A stretch of DNA of 64,000 nt from Limnochordaceae bacterium (lineage in GTDB: Bacteria > Bacillota > Limnochordia > Limnochordales > DUMU01). This document shows, piece by piece, positions 1 through 9,707 of this stretch; within the stretch, counting starts at the first letter, position 1; each line of letters opens with the position of its first letter. The DNA is taken from NCBI GenBank assembly GCA_014896305.1, contig JADBKQ010000009.1:26413-90412 (forward strand), in the 5' to 3' direction. Made by a program: the position numbers and the translations under genes. The notes under the pieces are model-generated. The model did no database searches. It had not been told where the DNA came from and saw nothing but the letters and a program-made list of their open reading frames with translations.

Positions 1-275
1 CAGTCCTGTTGCCGCGGGCGACCGGGCCCCAGACGTATCCCCGGTCGGCTCGGTCCCCTTATCCTCGGCTTGCGGACGGTCAACAGAGGTGGTTCGTTCG
101 TCGGTTAGACCGAGTACTCGCCTGACATGATTCCATACCATGGTCTGGCATCTCCCTCCCTCAGATACAGGAGCGACCGCGACCAAAGTGCCGACTGGCA
201 GACAACGAACCGGCCGCGCGTAGTGTCCCGCACCGTCTAGAGGGTATGCGCTATGCCCCGGTGCAAGCTGAACAC

Positions 276-301
276 AAAAAAACCTTGGCGTTAACCAAGG
301 T
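276..301 (-). terminator. Rho-independent terminator after the tRNA-Gln/tRNA-Glu pair
   Basis: Minus strand reads ACCTTGG-TTAACG-CCAAGGT followed by TTTTTTT (7-bp perfect stem, 6-nt loop, 7 U). It lies 64 nt downstream of tRNA-Glu. Confidence 0.65.
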
Positions 302-364
302 GGAGCCATCTACCACTATTCCCCTATTCCCAACAGTCTCGGCAAATACGAAGGAATGTCTGGC

Positions 365-440
365 TGGTACCCCCAAGCGGATTCGAACCGCTGTCCCGTG
401 GCTGAGAACCACGTGTCCTGGGCCTCTAGACGATGGGGGC
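365..440 (-). tRNA. tRNA-Glu (anticodon CUC)
   Basis: Reverse complement folds as a 76-nt cloverleaf. Acceptor is GCCCCCA/TGGGGGT (G1-U72 wobble) and T-arm is AGCGG-TTCGAAT-CCGCT. Anticodon arm CGTGG-TTCTCAG-CCACG gives anticodon CTC. CCA end is encoded. Confidence 0.9.
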
Positions 441-445
441 CAGAT

Positions 446-519
446 TGGCTGGGAGGGAAGGATTCGAACCTTCATACCGGAGTCCAGAGCCCCGTGTCCT
501 GCCGTTGGACGACCTCCCA
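446..519 (-). tRNA. tRNA-Gln (anticodon CUG)
   Basis: Reverse complement folds as a 74-nt cloverleaf. Acceptor is TGGGAGG/CCTCCCA and T-arm is GAAGG-TTCGAAT-CCTTC. Anticodon arm CGGGG-CTCTGGA-CTCCG gives anticodon CTG. CCA end is encoded. Confidence 0.9.
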
Positions 520-573
520 CTGAGAGTCGCTACATCGCCTGGTGATAGCCCCGGCGTCGCTACAACGTTAGTG

Positions 574-602
574 AATATACCACGCCTTTCGCCAGGAATC
601 AA
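574..602 (-). promoter_or_regulatory. Candidate sigma-A promoter of the tRNA-Gln/Glu unit
   Basis: Minus strand reads TTGATT, 17 nt, TATATT, with a TGg extended -10. It lies about 48 nt upstream of the tRNA-Gln 5' end and overlaps the stop codon of the upstream CDS. Confidence 0.45.
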
Positions 603-1408
603 GCCCCCCTTTGCTGGCAACAACTAGAAGGCCGCACCAGCGGTAACCTGGCCACACTCTCCCACAGCAAGCTCTGTAGACGGTCGGCATTCTCCTGCAT
701 CTGCCGGCTCACTTCGTCGTGCGCCAGGGGAGTTGTACTGAGTCCTGCCCCCAGATTGGTCACCAGGGCGACTGCCGCATAGCAAAGGCCGAGCTCCCGC
801 GCCAAGATAACCTCCGGCACCCCGGTCATGCCGACCACGTCTCCCCCTAGGCGGCCGAAGGCCCGGACCTCCGCCGCCGTCTCGAAACGGGGCCCATCTG
901 TACACACGTAGCACCCACTCTCAGTGATATCCAGGCCCAGATCGGCCGCGGTCTTCAGAATCACCTCCCGCAGCCGAGGACAGTACGGGTTGGTCATATC
1001 GGTATGCACCACCCGGTCATCCTCTCCGTCGTAGAACGTAGCCTCTCGCCGGCTCGTGAAATCGATGAACTGGTCCAACACCACCAGCCGCCCTGCCGGC
1101 CAGTCTGAGCGTAACGAACCGACCGCACTGGTCGCCAGAATCTGGGTGACTCCCTGTTCAGCTAAAGCAGCCAGGTTAGCCCGGTAATTGATGCGATGGG
1201 GCGGGATGCTGTGTCCCCTGCCGTGCCGGGGCAGAAAGTAGACCGTGTGCCCCTTCCACCGTCCCACCGTGAGTTCTACGACCCCATACTCCGTCCGTAC
1301 CTGCTCCGTCGCAGCGTTTTCCAGTCGCTCGGCCTGATAGACCCCGGTCCCGCCAATGATCGCCACAGCCTCTTCTCGTGGACGCCCCATCACCGTCATC
1401 CTTCCCAT
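599..1408 (-). CDS. mtnP: S-methyl-5'-thioadenosine phosphorylase (PNP/MTAP family)
   Basis: Motifs VAIIGGTG and LPRHGRGHSIPPHRINYRANLAAL are typical of MTAP. The longest ORF starts at 1462, but ATGs at 1408, 1399 and 1390 have GGGGGAG or GGAAGGA SD-like sequences. Start is uncertain within about 20 codons. Confidence 0.85.
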   Translation of the reverse strand: MGRMTVMGRPREEAVAIIGGTGVYQAERLENAATEQVRTEYGVVELTVGRWKGHTVYFLPRHGRGHSIPPHRINYRANLAALAEQGVTQILATSAVGSLRSDWPAGRLVVLDQFIDFTSRREATFYDGEDDRVVHTDMTNPYCPRLREVILKTAADLGLDITESGCYVCTDGPRFETAAEVRAFGRLGGDVVGMTGVPEVILARELGLCYAAVALVTNLGAGLSTTPLAHDEVSRQMQENADRLQSLLWESVARLPLVRPSSCCQQRGA

Positions 1409-1483
1409 GGTTTCCCTGCTCCCCCGCCTGGCGTCTTCTTTCGGCGACTGTGGCAAACCCAACCATCTTCCAGGGGGACAGAG

Positions 1484-1756
1484 CTAGAGCACAATGTCGT
1501 AATAGCTGGCAATCTCCTCGCTCGCCGCCTGCCTCAGGTAATGCCCCAGAGCCGAAAGAGTCGGCCCATCTACCCTGTCCAACCCCTGCCCCAACGCCCG
1601 GCGGCAGATCGCCAAAGAAGCAGTGGACTCTCGATGCCGGGTTACAAAGTCCAGAATCGCCCGGATTCTGTGTTCCCGTTCATCGCGGCCTTCGGACCGC
1701 GTCGCTTGACCCGCATCGAGCCGTCGGCGGCTGGGGATCCTGTCACTTGCTGGCAT
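1484..1756 (-). CDS. Small hypothetical protein (90 aa), no family recognised
   Basis: ATG is preceded by a strong SD (GGGAGGG, 6-nt spacer). It fills the same-strand gap between the HAD and MTAP genes. No recognisable motifs. Confidence 0.5.
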   Translation of the reverse strand: MPASDRIPSRRRLDAGQATRSEGRDEREHRIRAILDFVTRHRESTASLAICRRALGQGLDRVDGPTLSALGHYLRQAASEEIASYYDIVL

Positions 1757-1881
1757 GGCGTTCCCTCCCGCATTCTAGCTGTAGCAGTGTAGGAGCCTGC
1801 CCCCTTCCCCCACAGCATTCCCCGCGGGAGATCCCTCAGTCCCACGGCTCAGCCGGGAAATGGTTGCTGCTGGGCCCGGAG

Positions 1882-2817
1882 TTACTCTGCCAGCTCTTTC
1901 TCGCCACCCTCCTCCAACAGGCGTTCAAGGACGGTAGCGACTCCCTCTTGGGAGTTAGGAGGGGCAATCTCCCGGGCCACCCGCTGCAGTTCAGACACGC
2001 CATTTTGCATGGCCACACCCCAACCGGCGGCGCTGATCAACTCATAGTCATTCATTTCGTCGCCAAAAGCGATCACCTGTTCCAAACTTGCCTGATGGCG
2101 GCTGACGACCCAACTGACACCTGCCGCCTTACTTGCCTGCTGGTGCAGGATCTCCACAGACCAGACTGGGCGGGTTGAGCCGCCGTAGACCACCATTCGC
2201 ACATCGGGCCAGGGCTGGATCGCTTGTTTCAGGATCGGCACAAAATGCTTCATCCGGTCCGGCTCTGCCGTAAAGATCATCTTCAGGGGCCAATCCGGCA
2301 ACGCTTCAGCCAGGTCCGGCACCTTCTGGAACAGATCGCCGTTTTCCAGAACATAGCGGCGGTCCAGCAGATTCCGTGGCAATGCTTCGATCAGACCCCC
2401 GTCCCGCCGGCGGGGGTCATCAAACAGCATCATGTCTATCTCGTAACGTCGACCCAATGGAATGATCTGCGCCAACGGTTCAGGGCGTACCCCCTGGTAG
2501 TGGAGAATCCCGCCCGTATTCGCCTGCGCGACCACCGCCCCGTTTTGCAGGACCAACTCTTCTCGCAAATGCAGCCGCTCGATAATGGCGAGAGCCGTGC
2601 TGTACCGTCGACCCGTTGCCAGTGTGACGTGCCAGCCCGCCTGCTGGGCTCTTTCGATGACCCTGCAGGTACGTTCCCCCAGTGAACCATCGGGCCGCAG
2701 CAAGGTTCCATCGCAATCCAGCACCACCCATGGCGACCGCTCGCTACCGGCTAGGTTGCGGTGAGACACCTGGAGGCGGGCACGATGCAGCAGACGAGGA
2801 CTCACACTGTTGCTCAA
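1882..2817 (-). CDS. Cof-type HAD-IIB family hydrolase (sugar-phosphate phosphatase-like)
   Basis: HAD motif I VVLDCDGTLL, motif II ATGR, and C-terminal FGDEMNDYELISAAGWGVAMQNG. The start (TTG at 2817) is not well supported. Confidence 0.8.
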   Translation of the reverse strand: MSNSVSPRLLHRARLQVSHRNLAGSERSPWVVLDCDGTLLRPDGSLGERTCRVIERAQQAGWHVTLATGRRYSTALAIIERLHLREELVLQNGAVVAQANTGGILHYQGVRPEPLAQIIPLGRRYEIDMMLFDDPRRRDGGLIEALPRNLLDRRYVLENGDLFQKVPDLAEALPDWPLKMIFTAEPDRMKHFVPILKQAIQPWPDVRMVVYGGSTRPVWSVEILHQQASKAAGVSWVVSRHQASLEQVIAFGDEMNDYELISAAGWGVAMQNGVSELQRVAREIAPPNSQEGVATVLERLLEEGGEKELAE

Positions 2818-2843
2818 CGCCTTCTACCCTTTCCTGCACACTG

Positions 2844-4073
2844 TCACTGGGAGTCGACGACCTGGCCGGGCAGATCCGAGGTGAAAGGATCTTCTTGCCG
2901 CTCAGGAAGGGAGACAGTGGCAACCAGTACCTGTTCGTCATCCGCCTTCTCCGCTACTGCCAGGAACCCTGGTCGCCCCTGCACGGCCTGGTATTGTGGG
3001 GACGGCCTTGCCCCATCTCGGGAGACCCCCACTGTCTGCAAAGCCTCGGGCGACCGCTCCGGTCCGTGCGCCAGCAGAATCGACGATTGCCCTTCAAAGC
3101 GTACATCAAACAACCGTCCGACCAGCATCGGGTTGATGGCGGCGGCAAACCCGCAGCCGGGTTGCAGTTCATAGGGGGCGTCTTGCGGCCGCAGGGTGGC
3201 AGTCCAGGCGCCGCGCAACCAGTCCAGCTGCTGCTCCGGCGTCCACGGTCCCGGATTGGCGGAAGGTTGCACCAGAACCGACGCCCCGTCCTGACGCAAG
3301 CTGGCCCGTACATCGGTAAAAAAGCCATCGTAGCAGATGGCTACCCCCACAGACAGGCCTGGCAAGGCAAGGGCACGAATATCATGGAGGCGCCCAGGCA
3401 CCAGATCCAGCCGCCCCGGCGCTTCCTGCTCCACCATGTGAACCTTGCGCTGGAAACCCAGCACACGGCCATGCAGGTCGAACGTGTACGATACATTGTA
3501 GACGGAGCGCTGGTCCTTGCCGGTTCCCAGATCCAGCTCGGGATCCCCCCCACGCTCCGCTTCGTCCGGCTGCGACGACAACGTCCGTTGTTTGCCCTGG
3601 GCCCGGGCATGTTCAGCATCCGCAGCAAGGTAGACGCCACCCCAGTCCGGCCCCAGATCGGGTAAGACGACAGAGCCAGCCACGATGTACGCCTGATAGT
3701 CCCGGGCCGCCTGCGCAAAGACGGAAAAATAGATACGGGCCATTCGGTCTGCCTGCAGCAGAAAGAGCGCCCGCACCCAGCCCACCCGGTGGCGCAGCCG
3801 GCGCCAGGCTGCGGCCCACATGTGCCGGCGCACCATAGCGGTGACCGCCCCCCGCAAGGTGCTCTCCTGCTGCACGACCACCGGGTCGTCGACGAAAGCA
3901 AGAGGGGTCCCGATGTCTTCCGGAAAGGCGACCAGCAATGGCAGGGAAGGATCGGTACCGGCCTGGCTGCGGACCTGATCGAGCAAGCGGCAGATCTTCC
4001 GTCGAAACTGCTCTTCGGTTCGGTAATCCTCGACGTTCACGCCAGCCTGTACGGCTGCGAATTGCCAGCGCAT
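2844..4073 (-). CDS. Carbon-nitrogen hydrolase (nitrilase superfamily) protein, unusually long
   Basis: Candidate Glu-Lys-Cys triad in LVAFPEDIG, FQRKVHMVE and GVAICYDGFF. ATG at 4073 has a GGGGGGA SD. An acidic, low-complexity insert of about 50 aa sits between the E and K motifs. Confidence 0.75.
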   Translation of the reverse strand: MRWQFAAVQAGVNVEDYRTEEQFRRKICRLLDQVRSQAGTDPSLPLLVAFPEDIGTPLAFVDDPVVVQQESTLRGAVTAMVRRHMWAAAWRRLRHRVGWVRALFLLQADRMARIYFSVFAQAARDYQAYIVAGSVVLPDLGPDWGGVYLAADAEHARAQGKQRTLSSQPDEAERGGDPELDLGTGKDQRSVYNVSYTFDLHGRVLGFQRKVHMVEQEAPGRLDLVPGRLHDIRALALPGLSVGVAICYDGFFTDVRASLRQDGASVLVQPSANPGPWTPEQQLDWLRGAWTATLRPQDAPYELQPGCGFAAAINPMLVGRLFDVRFEGQSSILLAHGPERSPEALQTVGVSRDGARPSPQYQAVQGRPGFLAVAEKADDEQVLVATVSLPERQEDPFTSDLPGQVVDSQ

Positions 4074-4108
4074 GCACCATCCCCCCATCGTTTGGATGCC
4101 TGCTGGGC

Positions 4109-6079
4109 TTAACCCCCGTTCTTCGTGGAACGACCAGAGGCCGCGGGGACAGGGGCCGAACCGTCCCCGGAACCCCGTGCCTCATCTGGCTGCGGACGGC
4201 TCCCCCGCCGCGCTCGCAGCGCCCAGCGTTCCACTCGACTCAACACCCGCTTGCGCAGGCGCAGGTGCTGCGGCGTGACCTCGAGCAGTTCATCATCGGC
4301 CAGGAAAGCAATGCATTGCTCCAGCGTAAGGCGTCGCGGTACATCCAGCTTGACCGCAATGTCGGATGTGCTCGAACGCATGTTGGTTAGATGTTTTTTC
4401 TTCGCCACATTGACATCGATATCCTCGTTGCGGCTGCTCTCGCCTACGATCATTCCCTCGTAGACCTCGGTGCCGGGCTCGATGAAGAAGGTACCCCGAT
4501 CCTGTAGATTACCAAGGGCATACGCCGTCGCCACACCGTTCTCCCAGGCGATGAGCGTGCCGTACAGGCGGGCGGGAATGTCCCCCCGGTACGGCCCGTA
4601 GCCGCCGTACGTGTGTGACATGATTCCATAGCCCTTTGTATCGGTGACGAACTCCGAGTTGAACCCAATCAATCCCCGTGCCGGCACGAGGAAATCCAGA
4701 CGCACCCGACTGCTGCCCACGGGCGTCATGTTGAGGAGCTCGCCCCGGCGAATCCCCAGCTTTTCCATGACTGTCCCCAGGGACTCCTGAGGTACATCCA
4801 CCGTCAGGCGTTCCAACGGCTCCCAGAGCTCCCCATTGACCTGCTTGTAAATGGGGCGGGGACGGGAGACGGCAAACTCGTAGCCTTCCCGGCGCATGGT
4901 TTCGATCAGAATCGCCAGCTGCAGCTCGCCGCGGCCAGCCACCTCCACCTCATCGGGGGCACCGGTCTCCCGCACCCGCAACGCCACGTTGGTGCGGGCT
5001 TCCCGCTGCAGCCGGTCGCGCAGCTGCCGGGAGGTCACAAACTCTCCGTCCCGGCCGGCGAACGGGCTGTCGTTCACCCGGAAGATCATGGTGAGGGTTG
5101 GCTCGTCCACTTGAATGGGGGGCAGCAAACGAGGCTCCTCGGCCGAGGTAACGGTGTCCCCGATCTGCAGCCCTTCCATTCCGGCTACGGCCACAATGTC
5201 GCCCGCCACCGCTTCCTCGATGGGCAACCGCTTCAGACCCTGGAACGTGAAGAGATTCTGAACCCGCATGGGTTGAACCGGACGCCCCGGATCATTCTGC
5301 GCCGGGTCCTCACCTCGACCCAAGCCCACTGTCTGGCCCGGCCGGATCCGCCCGTTGTGCATGCGACCAATCCCGATCCGGCCCAGGTAATCGTCCCAGT
5401 CCAGGGTGGTTACCAGCAGCTGCAAAGGAGCGTCCGGATCGCCCCCGGGAGCAGGGCAGTATTTCACGATGGCGTCCAGCAAAGGCAAGATGCCATTGGA
5501 CACGTCGAGGGGATTCGCCCCTGCTTCCACCTGTCTTGTGGCAGCCAACGCCTTGTCCAGCGACGCGTCGGCGACCCCGGCTCGCGCCGAAGCATAGAAG
5601 ACAGGAAAATCGATCTGGCTGTCGTCGGCGCCCAGGTCGATCATCAGCTCCAGCAAGTCGTCCAGGGTCTTTTCCGGCTGAATCCCGTCCCGGTCGATCT
5701 TGTTGAGAACGACCACTGGCCGCAAATGGCGAGAGAGGGCCTTCTCCACGACGAAGCGGGTCTGAGGCATGGGGCCCTCGAAGGCGTCGACCAGGAGCAG
5801 GCAGCCGTCTACCATGTCGAGGATCCGCTCCACCTCGCCGCCGAAGTCGGCATGGCCCGGGGTATCCACGATGTTGATCTTCACATCGTGGTAGAACACC
5901 GCCGTGTTCTTGGCCAGGATCGTAATCCCCCGCTCCCGTTCCAGCTCGTTGGAGTCCATCACCCGCTCGCTATTCAGGGCCGTCCCGCGCAGCGAGCCGG
6001 TCTGACGCAATATGGCATCCACCAACGTGGTCTTCCCGTGGTCCACGTGGGCAATAATAGCAACATTCCGAATCTGCAA
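4109..6079 (-). CDS. typA: Translational GTPase TypA/BipA
   Basis: [33 protein letters not shown] and NKIDR G-motifs, with full-length BipA architecture. The likely TTG start at 6079 gives the usual short N-terminus (longest ORF reaches 6133). Has a C-terminal tail of about 35 aa rich in Arg/Gly/Ser. Confidence 0.9.
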   Translation of the reverse strand: MQIRNVAIIAHVDHGKTTLVDAILRQTGSLRGTALNSERVMDSNELERERGITILAKNTAVFYHDVKINIVDTPGHADFGGEVERILDMVDGCLLLVDAFEGPMPQTRFVVEKALSRHLRPVVVLNKIDRDGIQPEKTLDDLLELMIDLGADDSQIDFPVFYASARAGVADASLDKALAATRQVEAGANPLDVSNGILPLLDAIVKYCPAPGGDPDAPLQLLVTTLDWDDYLGRIGIGRMHNGRIRPGQTVGLGRGEDPAQNDPGRPVQPMRVQNLFTFQGLKRLPIEEAVAGDIVAVAGMEGLQIGDTVTSAEEPRLLPPIQVDEPTLTMIFRVNDSPFAGRDGEFVTSRQLRDRLQREARTNVALRVRETGAPDEVEVAGRGELQLAILIETMRREGYEFAVSRPRPIYKQVNGELWEPLERLTVDVPQESLGTVMEKLGIRRGELLNMTPVGSSRVRLDFLVPARGLIGFNSEFVTDTKGYGIMSHTYGGYGPYRGDIPARLYGTLIAWENGVATAYALGNLQDRGTFFIEPGTEVYEGMIVGESSRNEDIDVNVAKKKHLTNMRSSTSDIAVKLDVPRRLTLEQCIAFLADDELLEVTPQHLRLRKRVLSRVERWALRARRGSRPQPDEARGSGDGSAPVPAASGRSTKNGG

Positions 6080-6181
6080 GCTCGCACCACACTTTCGGCG
6101 TCCGCAAAAAAAGGCGCAGCGAAGAGGCGGCACGCGTCACCCCGACTGCGCTCATCCCGTCGTATTTCCACCCAACCTGAT

Positions 6182-6210
6182 AGTGTACGCCCTTCACCGA
6201 AATGCGTCAA
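6182..6210 (-). promoter_or_regulatory. Candidate sigma-A promoter for typA
   Basis: Minus strand reads TTGACG, 17 nt, TACACT. It overlaps the stop codon of the upstream ROK gene. Confidence 0.4.
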
Positions 6211-7175
6211 GCTTGCCCAACCGTCCAGACCAGCCGGGCTGCCCCGGCCAACCCCGCCGCATTGCCCAACTCCGCAGGGACAATCTCTGCTCTCTTGCCA
6301 ACCCACGGCTGAGCGTACTCCGCCATGACCCGTCGCATGGTAGGGAGAAGCAGGTCCGCCTCTTCGCCTACTCCACCCCCCAGGATCACCCGCCGGCATC
6401 CCACGGTACTCACGAGATTGCCGGCAGCCACCCCCAGCGCCCAGGCTGCCTCCTCCACTGCCTGGCAGGCGCTGGACTCTCCTCGACGGCAGGCGGCAAA
6501 GACGGCGGGCGTATCGGCGTAACGGGGAGAGCTGCCGGCCAAATGGTTGGCTCGGGCCAGGATGGCCGGCCCGGCAGCCAAACTCTCCAGGAATCCTTGC
6601 CTGCTGCTCCGCTCCTCCCAGCCCGGGTAGAACGGCTCCCCCGCCCGGCAGGTGGGCGGAAGTCCTACTCGCATCCATCCCACCGCCCCGGCCAGCCCTA
6701 ACACGCCCCGAAGCAACCTCCCGCCGCTGATGATGCCACCCCCGATGCCCGTCCCCACGGCCATGAGCGCCAGGTCGTCCACCCCCCGGCCCGCTCCCAG
6801 CCAGTGTTCACCCAGGGTGGCCATGTGGCCGTCGAAGTCCACCCGGACCGGGCAGTGGAAATGAGCCTCCAGCCGCTCGCCCAGGGGGAAATGGTCCCAA
6901 GCGGGGATATTGGGCGCCCAGACGATCACTCCCGCCTGCCGCTCGACAACGGCGGGAGCACCTACGCCGATCCCGACGAGGCGGCTGCCAGGTTGGGCCT
7001 GAATGGCTGTTTCAGCAGCTTCCACCAATGCCTGCCAGGCTGAGTCCGACTCTCGGGGGTTCCACCGGCGCGCGGCCCGGGCGGCGAACTGCCCAGCCGC
7101 CGTCACCAGGGCCGCAGCCACTTTCGTCCCCCCGATGTCCAGAGCCAGTGCGCACTCCACGCCCTCCACCTCCAC
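6207..7175 (-). CDS. ROK-family sugar kinase (glucokinase-like)
   Basis: ALALDIGGTKV N-terminal ATP motif and ROK-type GxGxGGG (AVGTGIGGGII). The longest ORF (to 7301) overlaps the SIS gene by 56 nt. GTG at 7175 follows GGTGAGG, so the start is uncertain. Confidence 0.8.
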   Translation of the reverse strand: MEVEGVECALALDIGGTKVAAALVTAAGQFAARAARRWNPRESDSAWQALVEAAETAIQAQPGSRLVGIGVGAPAVVERQAGVIVWAPNIPAWDHFPLGERLEAHFHCPVRVDFDGHMATLGEHWLGAGRGVDDLALMAVGTGIGGGIISGGRLLRGVLGLAGAVGWMRVGLPPTCRAGEPFYPGWEERSSRQGFLESLAAGPAILARANHLAGSSPRYADTPAVFAACRRGESSACQAVEEAAWALGVAAGNLVSTVGCRRVILGGGVGEEADLLLPTMRRVMAEYAQPWVGKRAEIVPAELGNAAGLAGAARLVWTVGQA

Positions 7176-7245
7176 CGCCGCCTCACCATCCGCCCAACGA
7201 ATCTTCAGCCCTCGGGTGATTGCCTCCGTCAACTCTTCAACTTCG

Positions 7246-8010
7246 CTACACCGCTGAGCTGCGGCGGAGCCGCTCAGTCCAGGCAGCGAAGACGGCCTCA
7301 TTGTGCGCCGGGTCGGGGTTCTGGTTGGGCGAAACGAAGGTCGGCATATGAATCCCCCGTTCCGCCAGGCGCTGCGCCACTTCTGCCACCAGCGCCATGG
7401 AGATCGTGACGACCGCCAGCGTCGATCCGGCGGCCACCTTCTCCGCCTGGCCCTCCACCGTCACCAGGGCATCCTCCAGCGGCACACAGTTATCGATCAG
7501 CACATCCGCCAAATCGCCCAGCTTCTTGCCGGAAGAGTGGGTCGCCTTGGCCTTGCGGTAGTTCTCCCCGGAAGTCACGGCGACGACTTTCATCCCAATG
7601 GAGCGAGCATACAAAGCGACCTCGACCGGCGCCGCATTGAGCCCGCCGTGAGAATAGATCAACATGACATCTTGCGGCGAAAACGTATAAGCCTTCAGGA
7701 AGTTGCGGATGTAGCCTTCCTGGCGCTCGATCCAGATCAGTTCGGGCGCTCCGCCGCTGCCCGCCACTTGCGTCCACATGAGCCGGGAGTCCATGACCGG
7801 ATGGAAGCCAACAAAGCTGCCATACCGTGGGAAGATATCCATGCAGGGAATGACGGAATGGCCGCTGCCGAACATCCGTACCCAATGACCGCTGGCAATC
7901 GCCTCGGCCATGAGGGAAGCCGCCTGCCGAATCGGCTCCCGGTCGATCTCTTCGATCCGGGCCAGCAGTGCGCTGGCTTGTTCAAAGTACGCTTGTGCAC
8001 CTGCACTCAT
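7246..8010 (-). CDS. SIS-domain protein (UPF0309-like sugar-phosphate isomerase/binding)
   Basis: MFGSGHSVIPCMDIFPRYGSF and HGGLNAAPVE resemble the UPF0309 SIS family. ATG at 8010 has a GGGGGAGGTG SD with a 6-nt spacer. Confidence 0.8.
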   Translation of the reverse strand: MSAGAQAYFEQASALLARIEEIDREPIRQAASLMAEAIASGHWVRMFGSGHSVIPCMDIFPRYGSFVGFHPVMDSRLMWTQVAGSGGAPELIWIERQEGYIRNFLKAYTFSPQDVMLIYSHGGLNAAPVEVALYARSIGMKVVAVTSGENYRKAKATHSSGKKLGDLADVLIDNCVPLEDALVTVEGQAEKVAAGSTLAVVTISMALVAEVAQRLAERGIHMPTFVSPNQNPDPAHNEAVFAAWTERLRRSSAV

Positions 8011-8234
8011 TACCAGCACCTCCCCCACCATCTTCCTGGTGGTAAGCTGTCTTTTCCGCACTCACTTGGAAATCTCCTGCTGCGCTGAGACCTTCCCGCA
8101 ACCGCCGGCCAGAGTTCCTGGGGCCGCTTGGCGTCAAGGGCATCGCGCCCGCACCTATCGAAAACAAAGGTGGTAGGATCGTAAGGTGTACATCGCCGCG
8201 CCAACCCGACCTGGACAAGCAGAGCGGGTTCCGG

Positions 8235-9542
8235 ATGGGAGGCCAAGAAGAGGTGGGCCTGACGACACCGTTTCCTGGCGTTCCCTGGTGGGAACAGGTG
8301 GTTCGCACGCTGCTGAACTGGTATGACCAACACCGGCGAGAGCTCCCCTGGCGAGAGCCGCCCATCGACCCGTACCGGGTATGGATCTCCGAGATCATGC
8401 TGCAACAGACCCGGGTGGAGACCGTCATCCCGTACTACCTGCGCTTTCTGCAGCGCTTCCCCAACCTGCCGGCGCTGGCCGCTGCGCCGCTCGATGAAGT
8501 GCTGTCCGCCTGGGAAGGTCTGGGGTACTACGCCCGTGCCCGCCATCTGCACGTTTGTGCCCAACAACTAACTGCCGCTGGGCTTCAGCTGCCAACGGAG
8601 TACACTCGTTTGCGCGAGCTGCCCGGAATCGGCGATTACACGGCCGCCGCCATCGCCAGCATCGCCGGTGGTGAACCTCGTCCCGCCATCGACGGCAACC
8701 TGCGGCGAGCGCTCTCCCGGTTACTCGGGTGGCAGGAGTCCGTTCTCTCCCCCGCCCAGCTGGGCAAAGCGCTGGCCCAACAGCTCGCCCCGGTCTGGCC
8801 GCGCCAGCGCCCAGGAGATCTCAACCAGGCAATCATGGACCTGGCTGCCACTATCTGCCTGCCCCGCCAACCCCATTGTGAACGGTGTCCCGTGGCCCAT
8901 CTCTGCCAGGCCCACCAGCAGGAGTCATCGCCATGGCCACGGCCTGCCCGTTCCCACCGCTCGGCGGCGGAGTTGCCCCGCCTGCGCCTGGCGGTACTAC
9001 TGATAGTAGAAGGGGTCGAAGAAGGCCGGACGCCGCAAGTCGGAGTCAGCCCCTCTGAGCCGTCCCTGCCGGAAACGGGATGGGAAGCAGCCGAAGCCGC
9101 CGCTACGACTTCTTGGGTTCGTGAACCTCGCGTTCTTTGCCGCCGCCGCACCGACCAGGGACTCTTCGGAGGGTTGTGGGAGTTTCCCACGATTCCGTAC
9201 CGTGACCCTACGCCGCTACGCCCGCCCCGCCGTGAATGCCTGGGTGGCCCTCTTGCTCGTCGAGGTTGGCAGGAGCTGCCCGTCCGCCAGCAAGTCCTCT
9301 CCCATCGCCTTCTTGAACTCCACCCCTACCTGACCCTGCGGCCACCGCACCACGCCACCAAGGGCGAATCCCGGCCGGCGCGCCCCGGGCTGGCCTGGGT
9401 CCCCCTCTCGAAACTGGCCCGGCTGCCCATGGCCCGCTCCATGCGGCTATTGGCCCGCGCCCTACCGTCCTTGCTCCTCCCGGGCGAGCACACCCTGCCG
9501 CAGGCGTTGAGCAATTGGCCCCGGCCAGCCTACCCCAACTAG
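8235..9542 (+). CDS. mutY: A/G-specific adenine DNA glycosylase MutY
   Basis: WYDQHRRELPWR..DPYRVWISEIMLQQT helix-hairpin-helix region. 4Fe-4S cluster loop C-x6-C-x2-C-x5-C (CLPRQPHCERCPVAHLC). C-terminal NUDIX-like domain. Confidence 0.9.
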   Translation: MGGQEEVGLTTPFPGVPWWEQVVRTLLNWYDQHRRELPWREPPIDPYRVWISEIMLQQTRVETVIPYYLRFLQRFPNLPALAAAPLDEVLSAWEGLGYYARARHLHVCAQQLTAAGLQLPTEYTRLRELPGIGDYTAAAIASIAGGEPRPAIDGNLRRALSRLLGWQESVLSPAQLGKALAQQLAPVWPRQRPGDLNQAIMDLAATICLPRQPHCERCPVAHLCQAHQQESSPWPRPARSHRSAAELPRLRLAVLLIVEGVEEGRTPQVGVSPSEPSLPETGWEAAEAAATTSWVREPRVLCRRRTDQGLFGGLWEFPTIPYRDPTPLRPPRRECLGGPLARRGWQELPVRQQVLSHRLLELHPYLTLRPPHHATKGESRPARPGLAWVPLSKLARLPMARSMRLLARALPSLLLPGEHTLPQALSNWPRPAYPN

Positions 9543-9707
9543 CTGCCCATCCAGCCGGACACCAGCTGCCCTTCCAGGCCCGCCCGGGTTACCGCCTCCT
9601 GCAGCACCTGGGCCAACTCCCAGCGGGAGAGGGGTAGCCGCAGACGAATGGCTGTACTCAGAGCGGGATCTTGATCACGTTGGCCACCGGCTCGGCACCC
9701 TGGCGTC

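Noticed and set aside
1-141. Possible 5' part of a minus-strand CDS running off the window start (ATG at 139-141 after GGGAGGGAGA; MVWNHVRRVLGLTDERTT...).
   Set aside because: Not rejected outright but unsupported. Only 47 codons are visible, there are no motifs, and third-position GC (about 60 percent) looks no higher than the bulk G+C, unlike what coding frames in GC-rich genomes usually show.
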